From Bigelowiella natans CCMP2755 (lineage: Eukaryota; Protista; Cercozoa): 64,000 nucleotides of DNA. The notes under the pieces are model-generated. The model saw only the letters and a program-made list of their open reading frames with translations. It made no database searches and was not told where the DNA came from. Position 1 is the stretch's first letter. Every line of letters starts with the position of its first letter. The translations under genes were made by a program, and so were the position numbers. The stretch lies in the NCBI GenBank assembly GCA_000320545.1, contig ADNK01000427.1, positions 124,001-188,000 on the forward strand, in the 5' to 3' direction. This document shows positions 27,979-41,375 of the stretch, in pieces.

Positions 27979-28069
27979 CACCACCATCAAACAATCCTTT
28001 AGAGAGGTCATCGCAAGCCGCCCCAGCACCGCCTATGGATCTGCGGAAAAGTTGATGATTCATCATTAC

Positions 28070-28129
<60 letters not shown>

Positions 28130-29660
28130 TCGAGAGAGAGATTGAGAGACGTATACATGCGGCTTGAACAACAACAACAACAATACAATAGGAAGTCCTC
28201 TCCGGATATGGTAATAAGGGCGGGTGGATTGAGGTCAGCACCAGTACAAATGTGGGCTCCAGGAGAAGATGGTGGAAGTGGAGGGGGGGGAGGAGAGGGA
28301 CGACGGCAGTTCCAAAGCACGACGACGAAAAGAGCTTTCGTTTGGTCAAAATTTAATATATGCATATAATAAAAATATAAATATGTATCTAGTGATCTAT
28401 ATACCATAGAGTAAGAGCAATGAATAAGGAGCGTGAATCTTACTCGGTGATGCTGCTAATCTTATCTCAGAATGATAGCTTACAGATGTACTATAAAAGC
28501 GTGAAAGTCGATATTACTAGAATTTCGAAGAGGAAGGAGTAGTTGCGTTATAACGTAGGAGGATGTGCGTAGTATCATATCACAATGTTGTTGTTACCTT
28601 TTCTTTCTTCAGGGACGACAAGGAAGGACTATCACCTGAAACAAACAACGCAACATCTCACAATATAGTATGAGTTGTGCATTATTTATACACCACTACA
28701 TCGTTGATAACAGCAAGGAGAAGGGAGGAAGAGGAAAATGGAGAAGAAGAAAAAGAAATCGATCTTCTTTCTCTTCCTTTTCCTCCTTCTCCTCCTCCTC
28801 CTCCGCCCCTTCTTTATGTGTTGTTCCTTCTCTCTTCATGTTCGTCGTATGAATCTGGAAATAATCAGAAAACAACAGCAACAACAACAACAACAACAAC
28901 AACAACACACATTGTTTACACATACGATGTTGTTGTTGTTGTCGTCATCGCCGTCATGATCGTGCCATTGCATGTTCAGGAGCTGCTACAGGAGTTGGAC
29001 AATGCAGCCAGAAGGAGAACCGCAACTACGCTGCGATTTGCAGCCTCTTTTCACTGTGAGGAGGATCTGCATTCAGAGACAGAAAATGCAGCTGCTGCGG
29101 ACCATGATGCTAGTACGACAACTGCCTTTCGCATGTCTTCGTCATCAATAGGATTGGCGATGCAACACGAGGAGGAGGAGGAGGGAAAACAACAAGAAGA
29201 AGAAGGAGAAGAGGAGGCCCAGAAGCCAGAAGCAGCAATTGTAGATGACAACAATGATGATAGAAATATTAGGAACAGTAGTCGTTGTAAGGAAAGTGGA
29301 GGTAGTAATCGGATGATAGTTGGGGGAGACAAGAGCGTCGTCGGTAGAGATGATCCTGATTCGCAAAGCAGGAAAGATGATGTCCTCAAAAAGGTGCTGC
29401 TGCTGCTGCTGCTGTGATGTCATTATTAGCGCATGCTTCTTTCTCTCTCTTACTTCGTTCCGATGATGCTACTATTGCTGCTGTGTCAAAGTGTGAGAAC
29501 AACAATGACAATAACGACAATAATAAATGATAATAACGACGATGATAATGACACTTTCACTTATAAACATAATAACGGTGCTAGTTTGGTACTGATGAAA
29601 CATACCATACATACATCACGTAGTTGCACACATAATGCCTTTAGACGGTGCCATAGATAC

Positions 29661-29693
<33 letters not shown>

Positions 29694-32681
29694 CAGGTCA
29701 CACTTAACATAACAACACCAGCTTCATTCAAAGGCGCCGTGGCTGTATTCTTCTTATTATTATTATTCTTATTATTATTATTATTGTTACTGCTCCCTTC
29801 GTCGTTTGGCTGTATGTGTTTTCAAAAAAAGGTGAAAAGACTGTGCGATGCAGTGGTCTTGCCTGCCCTTGTTCAAGCGCGGGGAGGGGAAGAAGAAAAG
29901 TACAAATTGACCAAGGAATGGTTCTGGAACACAATCCCCATAATGCCGTGTGTGCTCATTCGCTGCTTGTATGACTGGCGGACCTTTACATCGTCCAGAA
30001 GATGGGTCAGTGAGTGAGTGAGTGAGCTAGCCTCCTCTCACGAGCGACGATGAAAGAACATATATACTACAGACAGATGTGTGTAGTGGTGGTGGGGGTG
30101 GGAATGGGGGTGATCTCTGAATCGTAGATGATAACAACAACAACAACAACAACAACTTGTGAGAAAGCAAGGATTAAAAAGTAGATATCGATGTGGTGTC
30201 TTGAAAAAGGCGGCAGCAGCGTCAGCCTCATTGTCTAAATTGAGCGATTATTCCCTCCTACTACTACTACACCTACTACTACTACTACTACTACTGCGAA
30301 TACTAATGCTAGTACTACCCCTCCCCTCGTATATTCGATGGTAGGTTGTAGAGTTGGTTGTCAAGACTATAACTCACTCAGTCTTAGGAACGGGAGAAGG
30401 AGGAGGGGGGGGGGGGCAGCAGGAGGAGGAGGAGGAACAAGCACAAAGAAGGGATATATATCAAGATATCGGTGCGATCGTGAACATCAGCATGCTCATT
30501 CACCTCTTACAAAACCATGCAAAGAGAATAAAGGGCCTGGGAGAGCAAGAGGAGGAAGAAGACACAAAAATCGGCGGTAGTACTAGTAGCAGATCTGAAG
30601 AAGTTGAGGTTGCTGGTCAGGCTGCTCAAGATCTACGGTGAGATTTAGCAGTGAAGCAATAGTAGCAGTAGTAGTAGTAGTAGTAGTAGTAGCAATATTA
30701 ATAGTAGCAATTTGTATCACGTGAAGAAGTGTGCTGTCTGGAGATAGTAGACGACGACATGCAACAACATGTGATGATGATCAAATGCTACTTCGGTGCA
30801 TAATAGATTGGAGAGGGGTGCGCTAATAGCAACAGTGATTGAAGAAGAAGAAGAAGAAAAATGTTAATTTGAGCAAGATTGATGATATTCGTACATACAG
30901 CCTTACATACTGTAACCGTTCTTAGGGTTGTTGCCGAGGGGGTATTTAAAGGCATTATTTCATCATTTACTTCGATGATGCCTAAAATTACCTGCAAGGT
31001 TGGTTGTTGAGCGGCAACGAATGACCGATCGTTTTTGCCACGATGGATTGTTTATTTGATGGGATGTTTTGAACAACAACAGCATACGATTATGACAATT
31101 GTCTCAATGAATTAATAGATTATCGATCTTGGAGACACCTCTCTGGAATGTCCAGTTGTTGACGTTTATCTGACGAAATGCGAGGTATTGGGCTCAATCT
31201 CGAGATATTTTTTGCGGAAAGTTTGTTAGATGTTCTGCCGAACAATACGAAACTACCAGGAGTTCATCCACATTTTTGTGAAAGAAAATGCTGCCTCATT
31301 GTTGCCATACCATCCCTGTTACTCGTCAACTAAGCTACCTTCAACACTTGCGTTATTACTCTTCACATGCCCCCCTCCTCCTATTTGCTTCGATTCGATT
31401 ATTATACTCCAGGTGATCTTGGATATGCTGCACTCCCAGTACTGCTGCCCATCGTTGCAATCCCAGATCCTACGGCGTTTGTTTCGCTCTCTGACCTCCC
31501 AAATCGTGAACAGCCTCTTGCTCGAGGAAGAAAACCACGTTTTGTGCACTCCTAGTGGGGGATTCGGTATTATTAGTCGTACTTTCACAGCGCCGAGTTA
31601 CGAGGGGGGGGGGGGAGGAGGAGGATAAGGGGTCATAATGGGGTTGATTGTAGCTTGATGGGAGCATTTTTCCCGCTTCACAGGGTTGTGTCATTGACCA
31701 GCGGATAGCAGCAACACACTTTGAAATTAAAAAGGGAGGAAAAACAAAGAGAAAGAGAGTGAGAGAGAGAGAAGATCGATGATGATACTAGTCAATGTAT
31801 ATTCAGGACTGAAAGTGATTTTGTCAACGATAGATGCATGGTGCTCAGAGGTCAGTGAGTGAGGAATTATCATAATTTGCAATTATTTTCTTTGGATTTC
31901 TCTACGACTGTGATGAATAGAGAGGAGGGGGGAAGTAGATCATAATGATAGATCGACGCCGAGAAAGGAGTGTACAGCGGCAGCGACATAGTGGTAATCT
32001 AGACGTGTTTTCTTGGTCAGAATGCCCCAAAATCCAGTTTGTTTGAAGATGCAAGACAGGAGCTTCATTCACTTCGAGATATCTGCAACGTGTTGCTCCT
32101 CGGAAAAGCAGTGTCCTCAGTACCAATCTTGGGCCTCAATATGTTGCAACTCGAAACTTTAGTCAAATTCTATGGCTCTAACACCGATAAGGTAGTAGTG
32201 TGAGGACAGTTGCTGTCTCGCAGCAGCAGACGCGTAGTTGCAACGAGCGAGGAACTTATTGTCAATATGTCTGTGCTCAGGATCGTATAGATGAAAACGA
32301 TCTTAAGAAGATTCGCTTGAACAGGAAGTACTTCCAATATATTCTAGCGAATCATGGTGTTTGAAAAATCAATGTGTGGTGTTGTGGTCAATGGGTACTG
32401 GATTATCATGTTGAATCTTCTGTCGTCAGCTTATCAAAGATTCTAACTCATAGTTTTTGCACATGCTTCCCAAAATATCCAGGTCTACTCTGGCACTTCG
32501 AAGTGGCAGTCAGAGTTTGTATATGAATCCTGAAGTCACCGCTCCTCTCATTTTCGATATCAAAATGGGTCGTTTCGCATTATCTACCGTCCCTGTTCCC
32601 GAACACATACTTTGCAAAGAAGAGTTTAGTTTCCTGAAAAGACCCACAGCTATAAACGATTCCCATCAGTTGGTACTTTAG
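24074..32681 (+). CDS. Large protein with an N-terminal NT-type C2 (EEIG1/EHBP1) domain, a low-complexity middle and a C-terminal Dilute (DIL) domain
   Basis: N-terminus KKKCSFNFTISIHGLDNVP...RGNRK...VRWKNEHFRFTGTLY...YSRKEVLFKI...GKLDLSKY fits NT-C2. C-terminus LQSQILRRLFRSLTSQIVNSLLL...LCTPSGGF...ARQELHSLRDICNVLLLGK...LNMLQLETLVKFY fits DIL. The middle exons are not fully resolved and could conceivably belong to two genes. Confidence 0.72.
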
Positions 32682-32705
32682 CAAGATAATTGTACATGGG
32701 TCGCC

Positions 32706-33017
32706 GGTCGTGTCTATGAGACGGATGTAATGAATACATTAACTTTTTTAAATAGTCATCTTAATGTAGCTATGCAAAGCTGCGGCTACGGCGCTTAAAT
32801 TGTAAAGTTTGTTTGCTTCTGTTATTGTGTCCACCATGCATATGGATGCGATGTGTCGCACATGCCGAGCTGCACGCGCACCACGCCTTTCTTTTTGTTC
32901 TGCTGTTAGTCGTTTTGTTTCGTCGTCTCACTCGCTCTATTGGCGCTATTAATTGGTCGTATCTATGAGACGGATGTAATGAAATGTTTAAATTTTTTCA
33001 ATGGTCATCCTAATGTG
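32706..33017. repeat. ~63 bp imperfect direct repeat (32706 and 32955) whose 18-bp core recurs inverted at 36254-36271
   Basis: ATGAGACGGATGTAATGA occurs at 32716-32733 and 32965-32982. Its reverse complement TCATTACATCCGTCTCAT is at 36254-36271. Confidence 0.85.
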
Positions 33018-33538
33018 GTCGTATCTATGATGCATGCATGATATTATCCATGCTTTCCATGCATGAAACGACAATAAGCCACTGCTCGTGATTGACCCAA
33101 GCGCTCGGACGTACCAAGGTGCAGGCACAGTTGCAGCGTTTAAATGAGTCGAAGGAGGTGCTCGCCCCACAGCGGCGCATTTGTATCGCATCTCTAGCAA
33201 GCCATCTTTATATCTTGTCCATTCAACATCAATGTGCAAATAACAATAGACGCTGGAATCGGCGTAGCTATGCATGTAATTCCTGTGTCTGTCGCTTGCT
33301 GCGCTCGTGCATCACGTACAAGCATGCTGCGGCACCGCGCGTTGCCAGTAACATCCGCGCGTTGCCAGACATGTTACTGGCGAAATCCGCATGACATGTA
33401 GCTATTGGATACTTTGAACGCAGCATCAGTAAATTAGAAAGTTGACCCAGCAAGCAGCTACAGATATGTACGCCTCGTTGCTCCAGCTACTTTAACTGCC
33501 GTCGCCTCCCAACTTCCGTAGCCTGCTACCAAAAGGAA

Positions 33539-34411
33539 TTACTTTTTTCTTTTCTTTTCCTGAGCCAGTTGACTTGAAATCCATTTTATTCCACTTTCTA
33601 ATCCTTCCCCCGTTTTGGCACAGCTCGGCCTGCAAAATTTTAGAGTCACAATTGAATTCACTTCAACGTCGATCCAATCTTACGATATCATCCATGGATG
33701 CCCAAGAATCTTATTAAGTCCTAATGCTTTGCTAACTTCTTGTGCAGATAGAGCCTGAATATCAAAAGTCCATTTTTAAATTCCAAAGGCTGTGTCATTA
33801 ATAGCATATACTTGTGATGTACCTTTTTGAGGTCAGACTTATTTGCAAATAATAGAATCGGAATTCCTCGGCCTTTGATTGCTTTGGCAAATTTCTATAT
33901 CACAAAGTTATATAACGTCTTATATTTCATTTGCTACCTTTATGCGTAAGCAGCCCTTCTAGTTCATCCTTTGCAACGCAGAGTCGAACATGATCTGCAC
34001 TGTCGACGACAAAAATGATTCCCTGATATCACATCTTCAACTGAATCCGGTTTCATTGATAACCTTTAATATCATCACAGAGACTTAATCAGATGTTTCT
34101 ACCTCCGCTTCCACAAAGAATTCTTGCCAGAGATCTCTATATTGCCCGGCTCCCGACATATCGAACATTGTGAAATTAGTTCCCATATATTTGAACTTTT
34201 CAGTTGTTAAGCCAACCTGTGAGGTGTAGATTAGTTACAAGGTGGAGCATTGTGGCTCATACATAGTCACTTCAGATCAAAGTACCGTAGCTTGCACATC
34301 CTCTTTCTTCTCCTTTTGTGGCTTAAGGTAGTTTACGATGGTGGATTTGCCACTGTTATCAAGCCCAACGACTAAGCATTTAGATGGATTCTTCGAGCGT
34401 CCAATGCCCAT
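33539..34411 (-). CDS. ARL6: ADP-ribosylation factor-like GTPase ARL6/BBS3 (absent from the ORF track because of short exons)
   Basis: Spliced product MGIGRSK...CLVVGLDNSGKSTIVNYLKP...FTMFDMSGAGQYRDLWQ...GIIFVVDSADHVRLCVAKDELE...IPILLFANKSD...ASCAKTGEGLESGIKWI. GLDNSGK and FDMSG are typical of ARL6. Confidence 0.92.
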
Positions 34412-35025
34412 ACTATCTCCGACTGTTTTTTTGTAAATTTTCCAACAAAAGTTCTAATCAAACAGTGCGGGACACCAAAATCTGCAATCTTCAATCTAGG
34501 AGGAGGGCATAGGCAAGGGTCATAGGATGCGAACCTACTCGTATTGAATTTACACCTTCCACAGCTAGCCTACTTCCTTCTCCTCCCTGAAGAAGAAACT
34601 GGCAGTTTGAGGATGGGCACGGAGGATTTGCTATTAGACATATTTCAGTGGATATTTTACCAATAAATAACTAATCCATGTCGATTAGCAGGAGATAGAC
34701 AGAAAGAAGGCAGGCTGGACATATTGTTCTAGACAGATTTTCGTAGTAGTTTTCTCATTAAATGAGTTTGTAAGTTTGTTAGTTAGTTACATCAGAAACC
34801 GACGATGTCCCAACTCCACGTAACCGGGAAGAAAGAAGAGGAAAATGGCATAAATGTCTCATAATCCATTGACGTACGACCTGAATAGGATGCTTTTGCT
34901 ATAAATATTTTATTTTCTAATGCAGGAGATTTTCTTCTGCGACATAAATGTTCTCCAGACGTCGAATTCTTCTTTAGAATTACAACACTGCGGACGATCC
35001 TTCATCTACGCTAAGGACTGTGAGG

Positions 35026-35492
35026 ATGGCGCAGAAAAAACCCAAGAAGGGAAACATAATTGAATTGAACAAATACATTGACAAGGCAATTAGAGTAAAG
35101 TTCACCGGTGGAAGAGAAGGTTATCTTTTTTCGATGCACAATTTGCAATTTTAAGAGAGCACAAGAATTCTAACTTGCGGCGCTCTCGTCTTCCTTTTCG
35201 ATCTAGTCGTCGGGATCCTCAAAGGATATGACCAGCTGGTTAACGTAGTGCTGGATGACACTGAAGAGTATCTTCGTGGTAAGTATCAAATTGTTAGTAT
35301 CTCTGGCGGGTAGCTCATCTTTTTTTTAATATGTTCTAACTAGACCCTGTCGATCCGTACAAAGTCACGGAGAAAACAAGAACTCTTGGTTTAACAGTGA
35401 TAAGGGGAACTTCAGTATTGCTCATCTCACCGGTAGAAGGCACACAGGAAATACCCAACCCCTTTAACTCTGAGCAAAAAGCGGTCATCTAA
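35026..35492 (+). CDS. LSM7: Sm-like protein LSm7 (3 exons)
   Basis: MAQKKPKKGNIIELNKYIDKAIRVKFTGGRE|VVGILKGYDQLVNVVLDDTEEYLR|DPVDPYKVTEKTRTLGLTVIRGTSVLLISPVEGTQEIPNPF...*. Confidence 0.96.
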
Positions 35493-36431
35493 TAATAATA
35501 CTTGTTGCAAGTTTTCTCCAACTCTTGGTGCCTATGTTTTTTGCATGAAACATTAAACCCCATACTTCAACTCTATAAGTGGCATGACATTCTGATGTTT
35601 ATGATGTAAGCAATTTCTGGTGAGATATGTGTATGCATGCACTATGCACGTGTGTGTAGCCGCATACATTCTATAGCCTATATAACATAGCATCGATCAA
35701 AACGCTGCATGGTGTGAAGCGGCGGCGGTATGATTCAACATTATTGTGCACTTGTACATGTTGAAATAGCAGCAGCAGCAGCCACCACGATACGCAGTGA
35801 TACATGTGCGTGCCGTAACTTATTTTTTTCATGACAATTGCTGATCGACTCTAATTATGCACATGACTAGATGATGCACGATCCACATCTAGCCAGCTAG
35901 ATCAGAGATCACAATCGATAGCTCTGCTTATATGCTAGACTAGTATAGAGCTAGTGATGCTCGCAAGCATGATGTGAAAATGTGTTGCGAGCGTTGCGAT
36001 GATGTCTACTAGCTGCGCTACATTGCGATCGACGCACACCACATGCTGCTACGTACTTGCATTGCTCTAGTGCTGATATGTATGACTCTAGTAGGACTCT
36101 AGCTACTGCATGACATGCAAAATTTAGAAAATTATCGCGCGAGCAGATCGAACACACGTAGTAGGCATCATTGATGCGAATGCATGTACAATGTGAACAT
36201 AGACACACACATACGATGGTGAATGGTCAGTTGAATGAAAAGAATTAATCAACTCATTACATCCGTCTCATGTACAATGGTGTTGTCATTTATGCATAAT
36301 ATAGCATATACATTGTATACTTTGTACAAATACGTGCACACACATGCATGGGTACGCACCATGGCCAATGCTAGAATGGACGGGCAGCATAGCTTCCTGT
36401 AAATAGTAATTGAATTCCAGCTTTGTGTGAA

Positions 36432-37429
36432 TCACGTTTTATCTTTAGCTTCTTTATCAGATTCTTGATTATTGACATCGCAACTTGTGCTATCGCTTTT
36501 CGAACTCTTTTCTCGGATTAATTTTCCCACAACCTGTAAACATTATGAAGTCAACAGATCAATTTGCCTTCTACAGATATTATTCCTGTTCCAACCGGGT
36601 ATTTGTTTTCCTTATACTTTGCGATCCATTCTCCCAAAATTTGTTTTTGTTCCTGTGATGTAGTTTAAAATCATGACGGTAACGTGTTCTAATGTACGCG
36701 CATTCCTTGTGCACGGGAGTGCTCGTACGTGCCTTAAGTGTTAGATAGTATGTTTCCTGCTATTCATATGCATATGCACCTTGTTGAGTGCGACGTCGAA
36801 CCTGTTCATGGATTCCTAGATGAAACAGCTACCTCAGTTTTTGGCAAAGGAAATCATTGGAGAGCTACCTTTTCAGTGCTCATCGTAGCAAGAGCATAGG
36901 TCGCGTCGTTTCCTTTTAAGGTTACAAAGTCAGTGTAATGAAATTAGGATGTAAATGAAATAGCACCAGTAAATACGTTATACTTCTTGCTGGGTCCATA
37001 TAAGTCCCATCGCCTCGTAACATCGTAAATTTTCCCCTCGACCGATACAAGCAGTCTTTCGTGCAGAACACCGTTGAATTGCGACAGTTCTGCCAGATTA
37101 AGTTCTCCAACCATCTCTGCCTGTTCCTCCTCGTCTGCCATGAGAGAGCCAATAGCTGACCTAATCGAAGCAAAGATACTTCTTTGACTTTCCTGATCTT
37201 TCTTTTCCGGTACTGATTGGCTTGATCCGGTTTTTTTTGACTTGGTAGTTATTTCCTTTCTAGCTAACTGTTCTGTCTCGAGACGCTGAAACGCCATTTG
37301 AGCTTCAAGTGGGGTGACTCCTTTCTTATAAAGAAACGCAAGCTGTCTGGCTTCAGATTGCTTTTGCACCATGGGATTGCGCAGAAACGAAGCGGCTTTA
37401 TCGACTACGTCATCGCGGACGGAAGCCAT
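36432..37429 (-). CDS. Pex14 N-terminal domain fused to a cytochrome b5-like heme/steroid-binding (MAPR) domain
   Basis: N-terminus RDDVVDKAASFLRNPMVQ...LAFLYKKGVTPLEAQMAF fits Pex14_N. It continues, in the same exon, as LAELSQFNG...LLVSVEGKIYDVT...LYGPSKKYNVFTG, then |NDATYALA...|QILGEWIAKYKENKYP|VVGKL (MAPR). Confidence 0.85.
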
Positions 37430-37807
37430 GGGGGGTTCCTCTATCTATGCGAGTTGCGCCTTTTTCTTCAACTGGGAGCTTGTGTGAGGGGGTTCAGATT
37501 CGCTTCGGGTAGTGAAGTAGTGAGTAGTAGTTAGTTGTTGTTGGACTTTTAGTACTCTAATGGGTGGTAGTTATATCGATAATACTTTATACCATTGGCG
37601 CTGACTCCAAGAAAATAATCTCAGATTTGTTGGAGTATGTCAGATATTTATGTAAGCATATCGAAATTATATCGTACTTATTCTCTCTACAGTCACAACA
37701 GTAATAACAACAATCTCCACATAAGATTAGGAATCGTGAGAAGGTTCCCCCCCCTCACTGAAAAGGACCTCGTCGTTGTATGACCGCACATTAAGCTCTT
37801 TAGTGTG

Positions 37808-38468
37808 ATGGACTTCGTCGCCACAACTATAGTACGCTCCGAGGATGGTGTCACTTTTAATAAGGAGACACGCATTCAGGACAAGGACAGGGAAGAGGGG
37901 AAAAAACTCAAGAAGAATAGGAAAGGACCCTTGCTTCCGGTGGGGAAGTCCCTCGCCGAACAGCTTAAAGAGAATGCTGATAAAAAGGATGCTGAATGGA
38001 AAGAACAGAACAACCCCTTCCGTATGATTCACCCTCAAATTAAAATGAAATTGTAAATCGGGAAACACATCTTGAATCTATTTGTTTGTTTGTTTTTAAG
38101 GCCCCCCTCCTTCTATGACGGATGAGGAAGCACAATTTCTTGCTGAAAAAGAAGAAGAAGAGAAACGCAAAGCACTTATGGACGCAAATTTGGCTGAAGA
38201 AGCTGCTGCAGAATTCAAAACAGCTAGATTGTCAGAAGCTGTCAAAGTGAAGCCTGCAGAGGAATTACCGCGAGTTACAGGACTCTTTGAGTCATTAGAT
38301 TCACAGGAACCTCAGAATAAAGAGACTAGTGCAATAGCGGTAGTGGTTCAGCCAAAAAAATCCAAAAAGAAAAGGAAAAAGTCATCAAAGAAGAAATCTA
38401 GCAAGAAGCAGAAGAATGAGGAGGGCGCATCAGCTCTATCGTTGCTAGCTGGATACGATGAAGATTGA
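37808..38468 (+). CDS. FAM192A/NIP30/PSME3IP1 (Fyv6-like) nuclear protein, 2 exons
   Basis: KSLAEQLKENADKKDAEW...|PPPSMTDEEAQFL...EFK, a basic K-rich patch and a C-terminal LSLLAGYDED are typical of the NIP30/FAM192A family. Confidence 0.75.
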
Positions 38469-38665
38469 ACTTCTTCAAAAACAACATCATTGAAGTCAGT
38501 GCCATCTAATGCAACCATCGGACGCATGGATTAGAACAAAGAAGTATGGCTGCCCAACAAATTCAATTGTGTGTGCATGTACTAGATGTACATGAAGCAT
38601 ATTACCAACATGTCGAACTCGAATACTAAGAGCGTCCATTTTTAGATTTGCGTCAGTTACATTCC

Positions 38666-38700
<35 letters not shown>

Positions 38701-39512
38701 CCAAGTGCGCACTCGATCCTACGCACGTATAACTAGCCCTAGAGCTAGGCATAGGCTTTAGAGCCTGCCTGCACAATAAATGATGTTCAATCGAAGCCGC
38801 ATACATGACATGTGGCTGTTATGTGTGAGTATGCATGATATGCCAGTATCGTGCGTGTCAATGCAACTCTTGTTCTACGCAATCTGTAATGCGCTAGTGC
38901 GCACGATGCACATTCGCTAGAATAATTGTGTGCAGACACGTACACTAACAACATGTGTAGTCGCACATGCTAGAATAGAGCATCTCATGTTACCTAGTTA
39001 CCACTATAGACTGCGCAGCATTCTGTGACGTACGATATGCATTGCTTGTTCAGCCAACTTGCTCGCTGCTACGCTACATACGTACATCACACCATCTAGC
39101 CATGCTAGCTAATATAACAAGCAGCAACCAGAGTCGTTGATCATCAGATTGAAAGCAGTGCAGCCGCCTGGCATGGCTAGATGGGTCTAGAGGTGGCCAA
39201 CAAGCTGGGCTCGCCGCAACATGCACAGTGACATCAAAAACAACAAAGGCAAGCTGTGAGCGGAGCACCTACCAGATTCCTTCGTGGCTACTAACATAGC
39301 ATCGTACGCGAATGCACGAATGCAAGCATGTATGTGGGCCATGCAATGATGTAGTCCACTCGGCAAGATTCACACAGGTAACGCAATTGCACAGGGCAGC
39401 AACAAAATGGTCGAAGCTAATGCACGTACATGCATGCAGGGCAGCACTTTCACGAACGAGTGCCAAGCTACTAGCCTCGTCCAACTTCTCCTTTGATGAC
39501 TCCCAAAGCATG

Positions 39513-39550
39513 CTACAATAGATTCATCTTGTTGAACCGATCCTGAAGCA

Positions 39551-39605
<55 letters not shown>

Positions 39606-41333
39606 GGAATGTCAAAAACTAGCACTTTTTGGGAAAGTTGGAAGAAACATCACCTCTGGCCAATAGACGGTCTTGACGTAGTTCTCTCCATACATAGCGT
39701 CTTTCATCCCCTTTTAAAAAAAATGTTATTCTTATTATTTATTTGGTAAAGCAACTTCTAGTCGTCGCTAATGACCTTGGTGCACTCAATCGCCGCTTTC
39801 AATTCCACAAACTTGACGTAAACTCTGCGTTAAAACAAAACGACCACGATGTATATCCAAGTACTTCAAAATCATCCATCAAAAAAACTTCGTTGCCGAG
39901 CTTTGCCACATATCATCGATTACAGCAACTTGCTGCGATTACGAACAAGCCAATGTAAACATCATCATTGTTTTTTTGTCGTCGTCATTGAGTCAAATAC
40001 CTTCCAACACCGGCAAGTCCTTGGCCCGGACGGGGAATTATCAACTTAGAAATGTTTCCAAATTGCTCGACGCCTGTGGTATTTTTGTACGTAAATTAGT
40101 GTCTCGTGTGCCATGAAACTACTTTCTCCTTCTTTCCTCTATACCTTGCCTAATGTCATTGAATATGCTCAGGTACTCCTACACAGGATAGGAGAAGCAC
40201 GAAGAATATAATCAACTCAAAGTCACCAAAGACTGGTAGCAGAGTGCATATGTTTAAGGGATCCTTATGCGACTTCTCCAAAGATATATTCAGTGATGAT
40301 GGTGGTGCATGTCCTTGATGATTATATGAAATAGTAATGTCGCAGAGTTTGAAGTGCGGTGATTTTGTAATGCGAGTGTAGCGACGGCTTAAAGCGTGCA
40401 TACGATGATACCGTATCATCCTTGAGCTGCTCGTTGGTTGCACAGCCTAAGATCACTACGACACGTGATGGTGACTTCGAGACACTCCCCGGTTGCAGCT
40501 AATAAGAGACAGCAAAAGAGTAGTTGCAAGAAAAGAAGGATCAGAGAGAATAGTGTGCACATACTAACTGCGTGCGTATTCCACGTAGAAGCTGTGTACG
40601 CAGCGTCCACCATCATAATCATAAATACTACCAGGCTGAGATGGCACATTGCTGCAAGATGTGGTTGCATCTCCGGGGCATTTCCTGTGTTATGTGCATT
40701 CGCAAACACACAAATAACAAAACTTTGCTCGCATGTGTGTTTTTGTGTGAGTGTGTGTGTGTGTGTGTATGTTGCCGTCTCTCTGTTTCATATTTCTCGA
40801 TTCGCTAAGCCCTCTACTACTCTGGTCTCTTGATCTATATGTGACAGCTTTGAGGATGAATGGATGGATGGATTCAAGGTATGAACACTCATCATGTGAA
40901 GGAAGGGCTGCTGGTGTATGTACCAAAATGCTTCTGAGGGTCGAGGAAGGGGTTTTCCTAAGAAGAAGAAGAAGAAGATGATGATGATGATGATGATGAG
41001 GATGATGAGCATCTCTTAAATAATGGGGCATGTTCTTGACACCGCACCACATTCTTCACATTCTACGCTTAGATATGGCTTGCAACTTACTGCGCTATGC
41101 GAAAGACATGTTAACTTAGATGGGCTTGCATGATGATAGTGATGTGTGTGTGTGTGTGAGCGAATTAGCTGTTGCATTAGGAAACGTACATCTCCTCCCG
41201 GAGTGAGAAGTGCCTTTCGAACCTTCGGTTACGATATGATAGAGTTGAGCGCATGGGGTACTATGACTCTCAAGCTTCACCATGTATGCTCTCTTATTCA
41301 CGTGCCTCCTGCTAATACTATGTGAAGCATATG

Positions 41334-41375
<42 letters not shown>

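Noticed and set aside
344-31700. Many 60-250 aa ORFs with [12 protein letters not shown], poly-S/L/H/T tracts
   Set aside because: They are translations of intronic microsatellites or read-through of short exons, not independent genes.
32988-33453. Short ORFs in the NT-C2/ARL6 spacer
   Set aside because: They have no recognisable motif or splice structure, and their composition matches the degenerate spacer class.
34805-34864. Small ORF MSQLHVTGKKEEENGINVS upstream of LSM7
   Set aside because: It is too short to support, and LSM7 is complete from ATG 35026.
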